In this document: positions 1-9,102 of the stretch, in pieces | How the letters are laid out: the number at the start of each line of letters is the position of its first letter | How positions within the stretch are numbered: the stretch's first letter is position 1 | Made by a program: the position numbers and the translations under genes | The notes under the pieces: model-generated | Database searches by the model: none | What the model was told of the DNA's origin: nothing | Seen by the model: only the letters and a program-made list of their open reading frames with translations | Assembly (NCBI GenBank): GCA_964356705.1 | Contig: CAYHIN010000001.1 | Location: 3,066 to 67,065 of the forward strand | Reading direction: 5' to 3' | From: an uncultured Gammaproteobacteria bacterium | GTDB lineage: Bacteria > Patescibacteriota > Microgenomatia > CAZETR01 > Amesbacteraceae | DNA length: 64,000 bases

Positions 1-29
1 TCGTAGCGTAGCGAAGACGGCAATCTATT

Positions 30-272
30 ATGACTTATGTCTACCTTCTGCTTTGCTCAGACAAAAAATCTTATATCGGATGCACAGAGAACCTCAAAGA
101 AAGGATTGATCGACATCAAAAGGGTCATGTACCTGCCACTGCAGATCGATTACCAATTAAATTGGTAGCATATTTCAGTTTCGAAAATAAGTACACTGCT
201 TTCAACTTCGAAAAATACTTAAAATCTAGTTCGGGCAGGTCCTTTATAAAGAAACACAAATTCTTTGAATAA
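30..272 (+). CDS. Short GIY-YIG nuclease family protein
   Basis: YVYLL...YIGCTENLKERIDRH...FEKYLKS motifs. Confidence 0.85.
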   Translation: MTYVYLLLCSDKKSYIGCTENLKERIDRHQKGHVPATADRLPIKLVAYFSFENKYTAFNFEKYLKSSSGRSFIKKHKFFE

Positions 273-989
273 TCACCTCGCCAAGACCAGTCCCCAAACA
301 TTTTTAACTCCCGCTTTTTTCAGCACCCTTGCACATTCGCTCATAGTCGCCCCCGTCGTCCACACGTCATCCACCAACAACACATTTTGTCCCCTCTCCA
401 GAATTGTGGAGAGGGGCTGGGGTGAGGTGACAAAAGCGTTGACCATACTTTCCAAACGCTCCTCTCTCGTCCTTCCCACCTGCCTACCCGTATCCTTTGT
501 TCTTATTAATAAATTCCTCACTTCCAACTGATTCACAGATTCACTGATTAACTTAGCTATTATCTCCGCTTGATTAAACCCTCTTTCAGCCAGTCTTTTA
601 GGATGTAGTGGCACAGGCACAACCACGGGCCTCGCCTCGCCGAAGCTATAAGCGAAGGCGGTCTTATCATCCAAAATTCTCTTTATATATTCAAATTCGA
701 CCCTATCTTCAAAATCAGTGATTAGTTGTCCCAAATAGTCATACAGATGATAGTACTTAGCCTTAGAAATCAGTTTTTTAGTCAGCCCCTCATACGCCCA
801 CAAGCATGTCAGTCCATTCAGTGGCCCCTTACAATACGAGTGTCTCAGGCCATACCTACTATTTCGCCGGCATGAGGGACATATCTGCTCCTCTTCCCAC
901 ATTCCCACTTCACAAGTGCTACATACATATCTGCCCAGTTTCCCACACGACACACACTTTTTAGGAAAGATCAAATCTAACCAAGACAC
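273..989 (-). CDS. comF: ComF family phosphoribosyltransferase-like competence protein
   Basis: N-terminal CxxC zinc motifs, VPVPLH..RGFNQ, LLVDDVWTTGAT. Confidence 0.9.
   Translation of the reverse strand: MSWLDLIFPKKCVSCGKLGRYVCSTCEVGMWEEEQICPSCRRNSRYGLRHSYCKGPLNGLTCLWAYEGLTKKLISKAKYYHLYDYLGQLITDFEDRVEFEYIKRILDDKTAFAYSFGEARPVVVPVPLHPKRLAERGFNQAEIIAKLISESVNQLEVRNLLIRTKDTGRQVGRTREERLESMVNAFVTSPQPLSTILERGQNVLLVDDVWTTGATMSECARVLKKAGVKNVWGLVLAR
391..428 (+). repeat. REP-like palindrome CCCTCTCC-N-GGAGAGGG..GGTGAGG; relatives at 1010-1044, 20709-20743, 20931-20965, 22048-22085
   Basis: Hairpin CCCCTCTCCA/TGGAGAGGGG with a shared GGTGAGG tail, seen repeatedly. Confidence 0.8.
631..661 (+). repeat. 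REP-like element TCGCCTCGCCG(A/T)AGCT..GCG(A/T)AGGCGG; second copy at 41564-41593
   Basis: Direct sequence similarity between the two copies. Confidence 0.75.
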
Positions 990-1050
990 TCAGCAAGTAT
1001 AAGTAGTGTCTCCCTCTTAGAGTAAGAGGGAGATTAAGAGGGTGATATTT

Positions 1051-1458
1051 GTGGAGATGGAGGGAATTGAACCCTCGTCTGATTAAGGATTGAGTTTCAG
1101 TTGTTACAAGCTTGTCTGGCTTTTAAGAAAGCTAGCAAAAATGATTGACTTCTCTTGATCTAACCGCGATCAATCAATCTTAGTTAGAAGCATCTCGATT
1201 GGTTGTCACTTCAAACTACAGTCGAGAAAATAGTTTGAAATGCCAGTTAAGCTGCGTACGCGTAAACGCGAGCGGAGCGAGGCTGGGAGCTGACGGCGGA
1301 AGCCATGTCAGATCCGATTACTCGGAACCTAGAGGCCACGACGTTAGCCGTGTTGACGAAAGCGTCGACACTTAACTTTTGAACCTGTTTTACGAGTGTT
1401 GTTCAAACTCGGCTTGCTGAAATTTCAAAGGGCTTAGTCATCGATGCCTAGCATCCCC
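1051..1458 (-). ncRNA. ssrA: tmRNA
   Basis: 5' GGGGATG, 3' T-arm GGGTTCAATTCCC and acceptor CATCTCCA, pk1 pairings CGAG/CTCG and TTTGAAC/GTTCAAA, tag ORF ending YAYAA*, adjacent to smpB. Confidence 0.93.
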
Positions 1459-1470
1459 AACTAGCCTCAG

Positions 1471-1479
1471 ATTATAGCA
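1471..1479 (-). promoter_or_regulatory. Extended -10 promoter of ssrA
   Basis: TGCTATAAT 12 nt upstream of the mature 5' end. Confidence 0.6.
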
Positions 1480-1504
1480 AAGACAAGCCACTTTTTCAAG
1501 TTTA

Positions 1505-1951
1505 TTACTTCATCTCCCTCTCCATATCCCGCTCCACATCAGCCTGCTTGATACTCTCTCTTTTTTCATACTTTTTCTTCCCTCGAGCCAATCCCAGCTC
1601 CAGCTTCACTTTCCCATCTTTTGTATACATAGCCGTAGGCACGAGGAGTAGCCTGGACTGTTTCATTTTTGAAGCCAGTTGCACTATCTCCTTTTGATGC
1701 AAAAGCAGCTTGCGTTCATGCCCCGGGTCATAATTGGTGTTATCCGCGTGTTTATAAGGATAGATGTGGATATTGATACTAAATACCTCCATCGCTCCAA
1801 ATTTGGATGTCCTGATCTTGGCATACGCATTTCCTAGATCCACTCCTCCCGCCTTGGCCGATTTCACCTCAGGTCCTGTCAGGACTATCCCTGCCTCAAC
1901 CCTCTCCGCGATGTCGTAGTTAAATCTAGCTTTTTGATTAATGACCCTCAC
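1505..1951 (-). CDS. smpB: SsrA-binding protein
   Basis: NQKARFNY, EAGIVLTGPEVKS, RKLLLH, GKKKYEKRE. Confidence 0.97.
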   Translation of the reverse strand: MRVINQKARFNYDIAERVEAGIVLTGPEVKSAKAGGVDLGNAYAKIRTSKFGAMEVFSINIHIYPYKHADNTNYDPGHERKLLLHQKEIVQLASKMKQSRLLLVPTAMYTKDGKVKLELGLARGKKKYEKRESIKQADVERDMEREMK

Positions 1952-3434
1952 TGATATAGATTTTACTGCCTACTGCAACATATATCACTTCTTCCTCACT
2001 TACTACTAGATCCGTGGCCCCTTTTAGTAGTTCATTCTTCAGTTGTGATTCATATTTACCCGTCTTATCCAAGATCACGATTCTCTCTTTTTCTGGATCC
2101 AAGACATACAGCTTTTCCACTTCATCCGAAGTGTAGACCACACTATTTTGTCCCAGCTCGGTGTCTAGTCCACTTATACTAAAGCTGTCTTTTACTCCTC
2201 TGGTATATTTTAGGATTTCGGATTTCGAGTTTAGAGTTTTTACCATCCAAATACTGCCATCAATACTCATTCCTTTCGCACCTACAGCCTTCTCCTGATC
2301 TTCCCCTACCCATTTCATTTTGGTTCCATACCCAGCATCAGTCACGGGATATCGCCATATTTCACCGTCTGTTGCCACTCCATATATGTTTCCCGCAAAC
2401 ATTCCAATGTCCACTATTCCCTCACCCATCTGCTCAGCAGTAATCACCTGTTTACACTTCGCATTCCCCGTGTCACACTGCACTCCTCCTTTATCCCCGA
2501 ACACAACTACTCGCCCAGGATAAGTAGCGAGAGCCACCGGCTTTCCAACAGCGTCAGCTCCAGCCACCACACTACCACTTTTCTTTTTGATATCCACATT
2601 TACCAGTCTCGACTCGTTTGTATCTATCCCCCACAGTTTTCCCCCTATCAGGCTTATTTTCAATACCCTCATTCCCTCTCTTATCAGTCCCCAGTCAATA
2701 AGTTCGGAAAGCTCAGTTCGGTTTACTCCATAAGCTTTTTCTATCAGGCCCGGTATTTTCTCCCTGACAGTCTTCACCCTGTCCTCAAAATCTTTCCCAG
2801 AAAAGTTCTCCGCCCTAGTCTTCAGAGCTTCCAATTTTCCAGCATCAGTAGAGTTGGATCCAAACTCACTCCACATACTCTCTACCTCCTGAAAATCAGC
2901 GCTTTTTTTCAGATCAGTTTCCGCCCGTCTATACCCCCCGACCCCAAACAAGATTACTCCCAATACCAAAAATCCCAATCCTATATAGATAGTCTTTTTT
3001 ATCTTTTTTCCCCCATCCATATCGTGTCTATAAGCCAATCCCATCTTTATTCTTTCCACCCACTTCATCACATCCACTCGAGGCAAGCTCAAACCTCTTG
3101 GTTTTTTCACTTTAGGATTTAGGATTTCGTGCTTAGAGTTTATAAATTCAACTTCAGATTCATTCACAAAGATTTTCAGATCAGGTGATACTCTTCCCTC
3201 AAACACCCGCACCCGATCTTCCCCAGGCGTCAGCATCACTTTGTTCCCCATCTTCAATATTTCTACTTTTACATTTTTGGCTCCCACGTAAGCTCTTTCT
3301 CCCATTATTTCCACCACTCCCACTCGCCCAAACCGGCCCACGATCCATCCCAGCCTGTCTTTTATCCCCGCTGGCCCATCCTCCCCATCATACAAATTCT
3401 CAATCTCACTTTTCTTTACCCCATACACCCACAT
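1938..3434 (-). CDS. Membrane-anchored protein with C-terminal beta-propeller (NHL-like)
   Basis: One TM segment; SIDGSIW and LYVLD..RIVILDK repeats. Confidence 0.6.
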   Translation of the reverse strand: MWVYGVKKSEIENLYDGEDGPAGIKDRLGWIVGRFGRVGVVEIMGERAYVGAKNVKVEILKMGNKVMLTPGEDRVRVFEGRVSPDLKIFVNESEVEFINSKHEILNPKVKKPRGLSLPRVDVMKWVERIKMGLAYRHDMDGGKKIKKTIYIGLGFLVLGVILFGVGGYRRAETDLKKSADFQEVESMWSEFGSNSTDAGKLEALKTRAENFSGKDFEDRVKTVREKIPGLIEKAYGVNRTELSELIDWGLIREGMRVLKISLIGGKLWGIDTNESRLVNVDIKKKSGSVVAGADAVGKPVALATYPGRVVVFGDKGGVQCDTGNAKCKQVITAEQMGEGIVDIGMFAGNIYGVATDGEIWRYPVTDAGYGTKMKWVGEDQEKAVGAKGMSIDGSIWMVKTLNSKSEILKYTRGVKDSFSISGLDTELGQNSVVYTSDEVEKLYVLDPEKERIVILDKTGKYESQLKNELLKGATDLVVSEEEVIYVAVGSKIYISEGH

Positions 3435-3457
3435 ACAATTATATTAGCACTCAGCAC

Positions 3458-3706
3458 CTACAACCACAGAATAGCCACAATCAGAACTAGTACTGTGAGC
3501 AAAAAATGCACTCTGGACAAAAGTTTTACCGTCCCATTTATATCCTCCTCGATCGAATCGGTCATAATCGACACCTGCTTGATCACAACCAATGCAAAAA
3601 AACCATACATCACCACTCCCAACACAAAAAATATCTTGACCAAAAGCATCGGTCCAGTTGATACCAAACCTCGGATTGCATCTACTACTGCCGGATCGGT
3701 CATCAT
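3458..3706 (-). CDS. Small two-TM membrane protein
   Basis: Two hydrophobic helices; operon-like spacing. Confidence 0.65.
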   Translation of the reverse strand: MMTDPAVVDAIRGLVSTGPMLLVKIFFVLGVVMYGFFALVVIKQVSIMTDSIEEDINGTVKLLSRVHFLLTVLVLIVAILWL

Positions 3707-3707
3707 G

Positions 3708-4391
3708 TTATTCTCCTCTCTCCCTTCTCTTTTCGAGCTCTTCAGATAACTCCGAGATTATTCTGATAGCCCGGTCCGGAAATGGTACCGCCAGCCCTTC
3801 TACCACCTGGTGTTCAGCCGCCGTTTCTACGTGTAGATCTCCAAAATCAAACATATGTCTAAAAAATCCTCCCGTGATCGCCGTTGGCTGCTCAATATGA
3901 TTTAAGTTGGCATACGATACATGCCGGTATAACAAGTTATGAAAATCGATATCTACTATTCGCTCATTAGTGATAACCAGTACCGAGTAATACCACTTCA
4001 AAAATCGCTCTAAGGTAATCCCCATAGTTACCAGGTACCACACCATCTTGCCTACCCACACATATTCAAACGGCACCGGAGCAAAAATCCCCGTCATGCT
4101 TAGTACTTCTGGCAAAACTAGCATCCCAAGGACCATGAGTATCCAAGTCAGGTTCGTAATCGGATGAGCGCGCAATAGCAGCACTATCTCTTCATCTCCT
4201 TGCTGGTTTACAAACTTTTTCCCCGGTCGCACACAATACGCCCCCATACATTCTCTTCCTCCCTTTTCTCCCACCCGCCCGAGCACCTCATCTACTACTG
4301 TCTTATGATGTTTTGCACCAGACTGAGACACAGGAGTAGAAACCACAGGAGGCACTACTTTTCCATCTTGAGCAACATACACCTCCGGCAT
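3708..4391 (-). CDS. Bacterial PH (bPH_2) domain membrane protein
   Basis: LLLRAHP, WYYSVLVITNERIVDID, FDFGDLHVETA. Confidence 0.8.
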   Translation of the reverse strand: MPEVYVAQDGKVVPPVVSTPVSQSGAKHHKTVVDEVLGRVGEKGGRECMGAYCVRPGKKFVNQQGDEEIVLLLRAHPITNLTWILMVLGMLVLPEVLSMTGIFAPVPFEYVWVGKMVWYLVTMGITLERFLKWYYSVLVITNERIVDIDFHNLLYRHVSYANLNHIEQPTAITGGFFRHMFDFGDLHVETAAEHQVVEGLAVPFPDRAIRIISELSEELEKRRERGE

Positions 4392-4427
4392 GACTATATT
4401 TTACACCCTCGTCATTCAAACTAATAA

Positions 4428-4531
4428 GTCGTGAGCAGATGGAGGTATCCCGTTTTTGCGCCCGCAGCGGTGCCGGCAGCGACCAGGCTGCGAGGACGCA
4501 TAAAAATGGGGTACCGAATCCGCGCAACGAC
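4428..4531 (+). repeat. ~104-nt imperfect rod hairpin
   Basis: GTCGT/ACGAC, GGTATCCCGTTTTT/AAAAATGGGGTACC and GCAGC/GCTGC arms. Confidence 0.7.
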
Positions 4532-4537
4532 AAAAGT

Positions 4538-6331
4538 TTACTTTTTTTCTATATTAAACAATCCACTCTTCACAGCCAGTGTCCCCGGCGCCCGCAAATT
4601 AAAGGCTTTCTTAAAGTTAACCCCCGATATCACCACTTCTCCTCTATTAGTCTGCAGTATCACCTGATCCGTATACCCGTTACTACTGTGTTTCACCGAC
4701 ACGCCCGAGACAGAAGTCACCCTTCCCCCATGTTTATCCGCCTCTTGTGCCATCCTGTCCTTAGACCACGGATTATCAGATCCTCCGTAGCAGGACCGCA
4801 CATCTTCCGGAAATACTCCGCTCATATCCCCGCCATTAGAAACCACAATCGCCGCATTTATCATGTCCGAAAATTCATCCATTTTGAGCCACGGATGAGA
4901 TCTCCCACACGTCTTTCCCGATCGGTCCTTGTACCAGCCTTTATAAAACCAGGGCGATCCTCCCACCTTTTCCCAAGCCCCCGATGCCCAGTTAGTCCAG
5001 TCAGAAGTGGTATCCCAAAACCCAGGTGTAGTATGTCCAATACTCGTGTAGCTGTCTTGATGTCCTCCCGAAGTCGATGCGTACCAAGTATTTACTATTT
5101 CTCCACTAGTCTTTGAGACCACGATCTCTCCTTCCGTTTGTGACACCGCGTCTCCCCATCTTCCCGGATTTCCAGATTTACTACTACTGTATACCTGGCA
5201 CGCCTCGGTCGTACATATCGATCCATTCGCGTTCTGATTACCTATTCTCCATCCTGTATAAGACAGCGCGTATGACCGGGCCGCAATCGCCTGGGCTTTC
5301 ATCGCCTCAAATCCCCCCTGATCCGCCCACGAGGTCGGCATCTCGGCAATCCCTCTCAGATATTTGCCTTCAAATGCCAGCGTCCCGGCACTAGTTTTGA
5401 TTACACCCGGCATACTCACTTTTCTGATTTCTACGTTTCCATAGTAGGCTTCCAATATTTGTTTGTAGTTTTGTCCCGACTTGGCCCGACCATATGCCCC
5501 GTATTGACTCATGCCTTTATAGTGCGGCGCCCCAAATGAAAACATCGCAAATGCCGGTGAGAATCCCGGATTATAGTCGGGTCTGGCAGCCGGATCATCA
5601 GCCAGTGGCACATCCCCTACCGACGTCGCATAAGTTCCAGTTTTAGAAGCCAGTAGTGACTGTTGCCTGGCGGTAAGTGACGCGATTTTTCCTCCTAGAT
5701 CCGACTGATATTTACTCGCTTTGTCCACTTCCACTTGCAAAAAAGCTGCTTGTTTATCCACTCTCGTCTTCAGCCCGTCCAGATTTGTTTTTTGAGTTTT
5801 GAGACTTGTGGCTTGGGCATTGAGATTTGTTATTTCTCCTCCCACCGACACGATCAGTTCCCGGTCTTGTCTAGCTAGTTTTTCTCGGTAAAACAGGTCC
5901 TTAAAAAATTCCGATGCACTCTTCGCCGAAAATAGCACCATCATCATCGACTGTTCCCTTCTTCTTATATAGTCTTGTTTTAGTTTAGCCGCCATCAGCT
6001 GCTCTTTTACTCCGACCTTCACTTCTCGCTCAAATATGTCTTTAGTCAGTTTATCTAGCCGTGTATCTAGTCCCGTTATTTGGGACTTGAGATTTGTGGT
6101 TTGGGATTTGAGCCCATTCAACTCTTTCACATTTGTTGAGTTGGCTTTGGATATCGCATCCAGTATTCCCGAGTATTTACTAATACACCCCGATATCACA
6201 CTAGAGTCCGACAGCTTGCTCGGATCATCGCACTCCTCCGCCCACACTCCTCCCACGCCCAGCATACAAAAGGCAAGGAAAAACAATACATAATACTTTA
6301 TACGTAATACGTGATACACAAGTCTCGGCAT
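4538..6331 (-). CDS. Secreted coiled-coil + SpoIID/LytB peptidoglycan hydrolase-domain protein
   Basis: H..GMSQYGA, YLRGIAEMP, EAMKAQAIAARSY, CQVY; start placed at ATG 6331 after TAAAAT. Confidence 0.85.
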   Translation of the reverse strand: MPRLVYHVLRIKYYVLFFLAFCMLGVGGVWAEECDDPSKLSDSSVISGCISKYSGILDAISKANSTNVKELNGLKSQTTNLKSQITGLDTRLDKLTKDIFEREVKVGVKEQLMAAKLKQDYIRRREQSMMMVLFSAKSASEFFKDLFYREKLARQDRELIVSVGGEITNLNAQATSLKTQKTNLDGLKTRVDKQAAFLQVEVDKASKYQSDLGGKIASLTARQQSLLASKTGTYATSVGDVPLADDPAARPDYNPGFSPAFAMFSFGAPHYKGMSQYGAYGRAKSGQNYKQILEAYYGNVEIRKVSMPGVIKTSAGTLAFEGKYLRGIAEMPTSWADQGGFEAMKAQAIAARSYALSYTGWRIGNQNANGSICTTEACQVYSSSKSGNPGRWGDAVSQTEGEIVVSKTSGEIVNTWYASTSGGHQDSYTSIGHTTPGFWDTTSDWTNWASGAWEKVGGSPWFYKGWYKDRSGKTCGRSHPWLKMDEFSDMINAAIVVSNGGDMSGVFPEDVRSCYGGSDNPWSKDRMAQEADKHGGRVTSVSGVSVKHSSNGYTDQVILQTNRGEVVISGVNFKKAFNLRAPGTLAVKSGLFNIEKK

Positions 6332-6363
6332 TGACTGTATTTTACATGTTAAACTCAAATCAC

Positions 6364-7359
6364 ATGCGCAGATTTTTTCTCCTTACGACTCTTTTTTTAT
6401 TTTTATCAGTCACCCAAACTCAAGCCCAACAGTTTAAATGCATAAAAACCCCAAATTGTGATCCGTGTACAAACTGGTCAACCGCAGCAAACTGTCTCAA
6501 CACTGCCACAAACACAAATCTTTGTAATACCGGGGTAAATCCTTGTACTGCTTTCTCAGCCAGCTGTCCAGACAACGGCTCCCAGCTGGATCAGTTCCAA
6601 GTCCAAACATGTTCCACTGTTCTTCCTGCTTGTTCTAGTCCAAACCTATGTCTCTCAGAAAGCGCCTGCTCAAATCCAGTCTCTGGATTTAGCTGCGGTG
6701 GAAATCTCATATGCTGTGCTCCACCAGGAGAGCCCACTTCTACTCCAGTTCCAACAACCGCTCCTACTGCTTGTGAGACATTTTCCGGACCGTACAACAA
6801 CCCCTTTGTCTGTATGTCTCCCGGCGGGGCAGTCTCGGGAAGTTACGATTGCAATCCAGGCGGATCATCTCCACTGTTTGACCCAACTGCTCCTCCAAAT
6901 AGTTATGACAATGCCTGCGGATGTGCCGCCGCTACAAAAAGTTCATGTTCTCTCATTTGTTGCCACAGTAACAGCACCGTCGGACCACCTGGCACTACGG
7001 GCGTCCCTCCATACCAACCCTCCTCATTATGCGTCCCTCCTAACGGATCTACTTATACAGGTGTAAAAACTCCCTTTGGCTGTCTTCCTTATACTGGAGC
7101 CGATGGTCCAGCAAAAACGACCGTGGTCGTCCTCTCAAACTGGGCCGTTGCCATTTCCTCCAGCATCGCCATCTTTATCATCCTCTTCGCAGCACTTCAG
7201 ATAGCCACAGGCAGTGGTGACCCCAAGCGCATCAAAGCCGGCCAAGAACTCCTTTTCTCCGGTCTCGCCGGCCTATTTTTGATAAGCCTGGCCATTGTTG
7301 TTCTCAACTTTTTGGGAGTAACCATCTTAGGTCTAGATCTTTTGGGCTTCTTCGTCTGA
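6364..7359 (+). CDS. Cys-rich secreted domain fused to VirB2/TrbC-like pilin (pilin 1)
   Basis: Signal peptide, many Cys, C-terminal TM-(SGDPKRIKAGQE)-TM. Confidence 0.8.
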   Translation: MRRFFLLTTLFLFLSVTQTQAQQFKCIKTPNCDPCTNWSTAANCLNTATNTNLCNTGVNPCTAFSASCPDNGSQLDQFQVQTCSTVLPACSSPNLCLSESACSNPVSGFSCGGNLICCAPPGEPTSTPVPTTAPTACETFSGPYNNPFVCMSPGGAVSGSYDCNPGGSSPLFDPTAPPNSYDNACGCAAATKSSCSLICCHSNSTVGPPGTTGVPPYQPSSLCVPPNGSTYTGVKTPFGCLPYTGADGPAKTTVVVLSNWAVAISSSIAIFIILFAALQIATGSGDPKRIKAGQELLFSGLAGLFLISLAIVVLNFLGVTILGLDLLGFFV

Positions 7360-7378
7360 TCGTGCTACACTTTAACTC

Positions 7379-7723
7379 ATGGCCAGTCCACTGTGTGTTC
7401 CATCAGGTGCAACCGGAAATCTAGGTGTCTCTACTCCTTTTGGCTGTCTACCCTTTGGTGGCAATGCAGGTCCTGCTACCCCGATGATCACTGTTTTAGT
7501 AAATTGGAGCGTGGGTCTAGCCGCAGGCGTAGCTCTCCTCACTCTTATTTATGCCTCTTTTCAGATCGTCACCGCCGCAGGTGACGCCAAGCGCGTCCAA
7601 GCCGGCCGCGAGTTAGTAACTGCCAGCATCGGCGGTCTGATCTTAGTCGTCATGGGTATAGTTATCCTTAATTTTTTAGGTGTCAGCGTCCTAGGATTGG
7701 ACGCTCTAGGCTTTAAGATATAA
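7379..7723 (+). CDS. VirB2/TrbC-like pilin 2
   Basis: TM-(AGDAKRVQAGRE)-TM; shares TPFGCLP with pilin 1. Confidence 0.8.
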   Translation: MASPLCVPSGATGNLGVSTPFGCLPFGGNAGPATPMITVLVNWSVGLAAGVALLTLIYASFQIVTAAGDAKRVQAGRELVTASIGGLILVVMGIVILNFLGVSVLGLDALGFKI

Positions 7724-7733
7724 TTGTAAGCAC

Positions 7734-8036
7734 ATGCGCACACTCGCCCAAATCAGCATTCCCCCTCCAACTGGTCTCAGATTTTCCAATTACAACGATC
7801 TTCCCGCCGATCTCTTTACCCGCATTTTATTATTCGCCATGGCAGCCAGTGGCCTTATATTTTTTGTTCAGCTCATCATGGCCGGTTTCAATCTCCTCAC
7901 TTCTTCCGGTGACCCAGCCAAGATCCAGTCAGCCACCAAAGCTCTCACCAATTCTCTCACCGGGCTTATCATTGTCATTAGTACTTATTTCATCGCCCAG
8001 ATTATCCAAGCCATTTTGGGCCTCCAGATAGTCTAG
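7734..8036 (+). CDS. VirB2/TrbC-like pilin 3
   Basis: TM-(SSGDPAKIQSATK)-TM. Confidence 0.82.
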   Translation: MRTLAQISIPPPTGLRFSNYNDLPADLFTRILLFAMAASGLIFFVQLIMAGFNLLTSSGDPAKIQSATKALTNSLTGLIIVISTYFIAQIIQAILGLQIV

Positions 8037-8039
8037 CTT

Positions 8040-8363
8040 ATGGCCAGTACACCTATAAACAGTATTTTTACAAATCATCCCTCAGCAGGTATTGTGGCCG
8101 CCACTCCCGCCTCACTCATCTCATATCTACTCCCAAACATTATGGCCGCGGCTGGCATCATCTTCTTTCTCATGATTCTGGGCGGCGGCTTCATGATGGT
8201 CAAAAACGCCGGTGGCAGCCCAAGTGCCCAAGATACCGCAAAAGCCAGGTCAGCAATTACTATGGGCATCATTGGTTTCTTGCTTGTAGTATCCGCCTAC
8301 TTTATACTTCAGATAGTCCAAGCCCTAACCGGAGTCAACTTTATAATTACTCCCATTTTTTGA
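8040..8363 (+). CDS. VirB2/TrbC-like pilin 4
   Basis: TM-(AGGSPSAQDTAKAR)-TM. Confidence 0.8.
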   Translation: MASTPINSIFTNHPSAGIVAATPASLISYLLPNIMAAAGIIFFLMILGGGFMMVKNAGGSPSAQDTAKARSAITMGIIGFLLVVSAYFILQIVQALTGVNFIITPIF

Positions 8364-8366
8364 CAG

Positions 8367-8729
8367 ATGAAGCTACTCGCCCAACAATTCGGTACTGTTG
8401 AAAATCCCTTTCTACCCAAATATTACAATGTTCCCGGATATATAGGGTTTTCCCAGGGCCAAGGTCTTATCATTCTTCTCAATAATCTTGTCAAATTCAC
8501 CATCGTCCTTGCGGGCCTCTACACTTTTTGGAACATCATCGCCGCAGGCTTTATGTTCATGTCCGCGGGTGGCGAAGCAAAAAACATTACCAAAGCCTGG
8601 GACAAGATCTGGCAATCACTCATTGGTTTGTTATTAGTAGCCGCTTCCTTTATACTTGCGGCCGTATTCGGATATCTGATCTTTGGTGATACTAAAGCGT
8701 TATTACAACCTCGAATATTTACCCCATGA
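8367..8729 (+). CDS. VirB2/TrbC-like pilin 5
   Basis: TM-(AGGEAKNITKAWDK)-TM. Confidence 0.82.
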   Translation: MKLLAQQFGTVENPFLPKYYNVPGYIGFSQGQGLIILLNNLVKFTIVLAGLYTFWNIIAAGFMFMSAGGEAKNITKAWDKIWQSLIGLLLVAASFILAAVFGYLIFGDTKALLQPRIFTP

Positions 8730-9100
8730 AAAACTTACTCGCCCAAGGTACTCCTATTGGCAATTTCGATGGCCTAGGACCTCTGGGAAACACCAGAAAT
8801 CTATATCTGGGTGGGGCAAATACAGGCGGTGCATTTGAAAAAGTCATCTCTTTGGTAATCGGTGTTCTTACTGTCTCTGCAGGGCTTTGGTTTCTTTTCC
8901 AAATCTTCACAGGAGCTATCTCCTGGATATCCAGTGGTGGGGACAAACAAGCCGTCCAAAACGCTCAAAAAAGAATGTCTCACGCCATAATTGGCTTGTT
9001 CGTCTTGGTCGCAGCTTACGGACTCATAGCTACGGTCGAGCTTGTCTTTGGACTTCAGATATTAGATTTTCAAGGTCAGTTTTTAAATCTTCGCCCATAG
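8726..9100 (+). CDS. VirB2/TrbC-like pilin 6
   Basis: TM-(SGGDKQAVQNAQKR)-TM. Confidence 0.82.
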   Translation: MKNLLAQGTPIGNFDGLGPLGNTRNLYLGGANTGGAFEKVISLVIGVLTVSAGLWFLFQIFTGAISWISSGGDKQAVQNAQKRMSHAIIGLFVLVAAYGLIATVELVFGLQILDFQGQFLNLRP

Positions 9101-9102
9101 AT

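Noticed and set aside
3444-3452. TTAGCACTC, a CIRCE half-site
   Set aside because: No second arm (GAGTGCTAA); it is part of a heptamer run, and no CIRCE is seen before groES.
4439-5116. 225-aa + strand ORF
   Set aside because: Antisense to the well-supported SpoIID-domain gene; no motifs.
8887-9102. N-terminal extension of pilin 7
   Set aside because: Overlaps pilin 6 in another frame; ATG 9103 gives the family-like MLLAR start.
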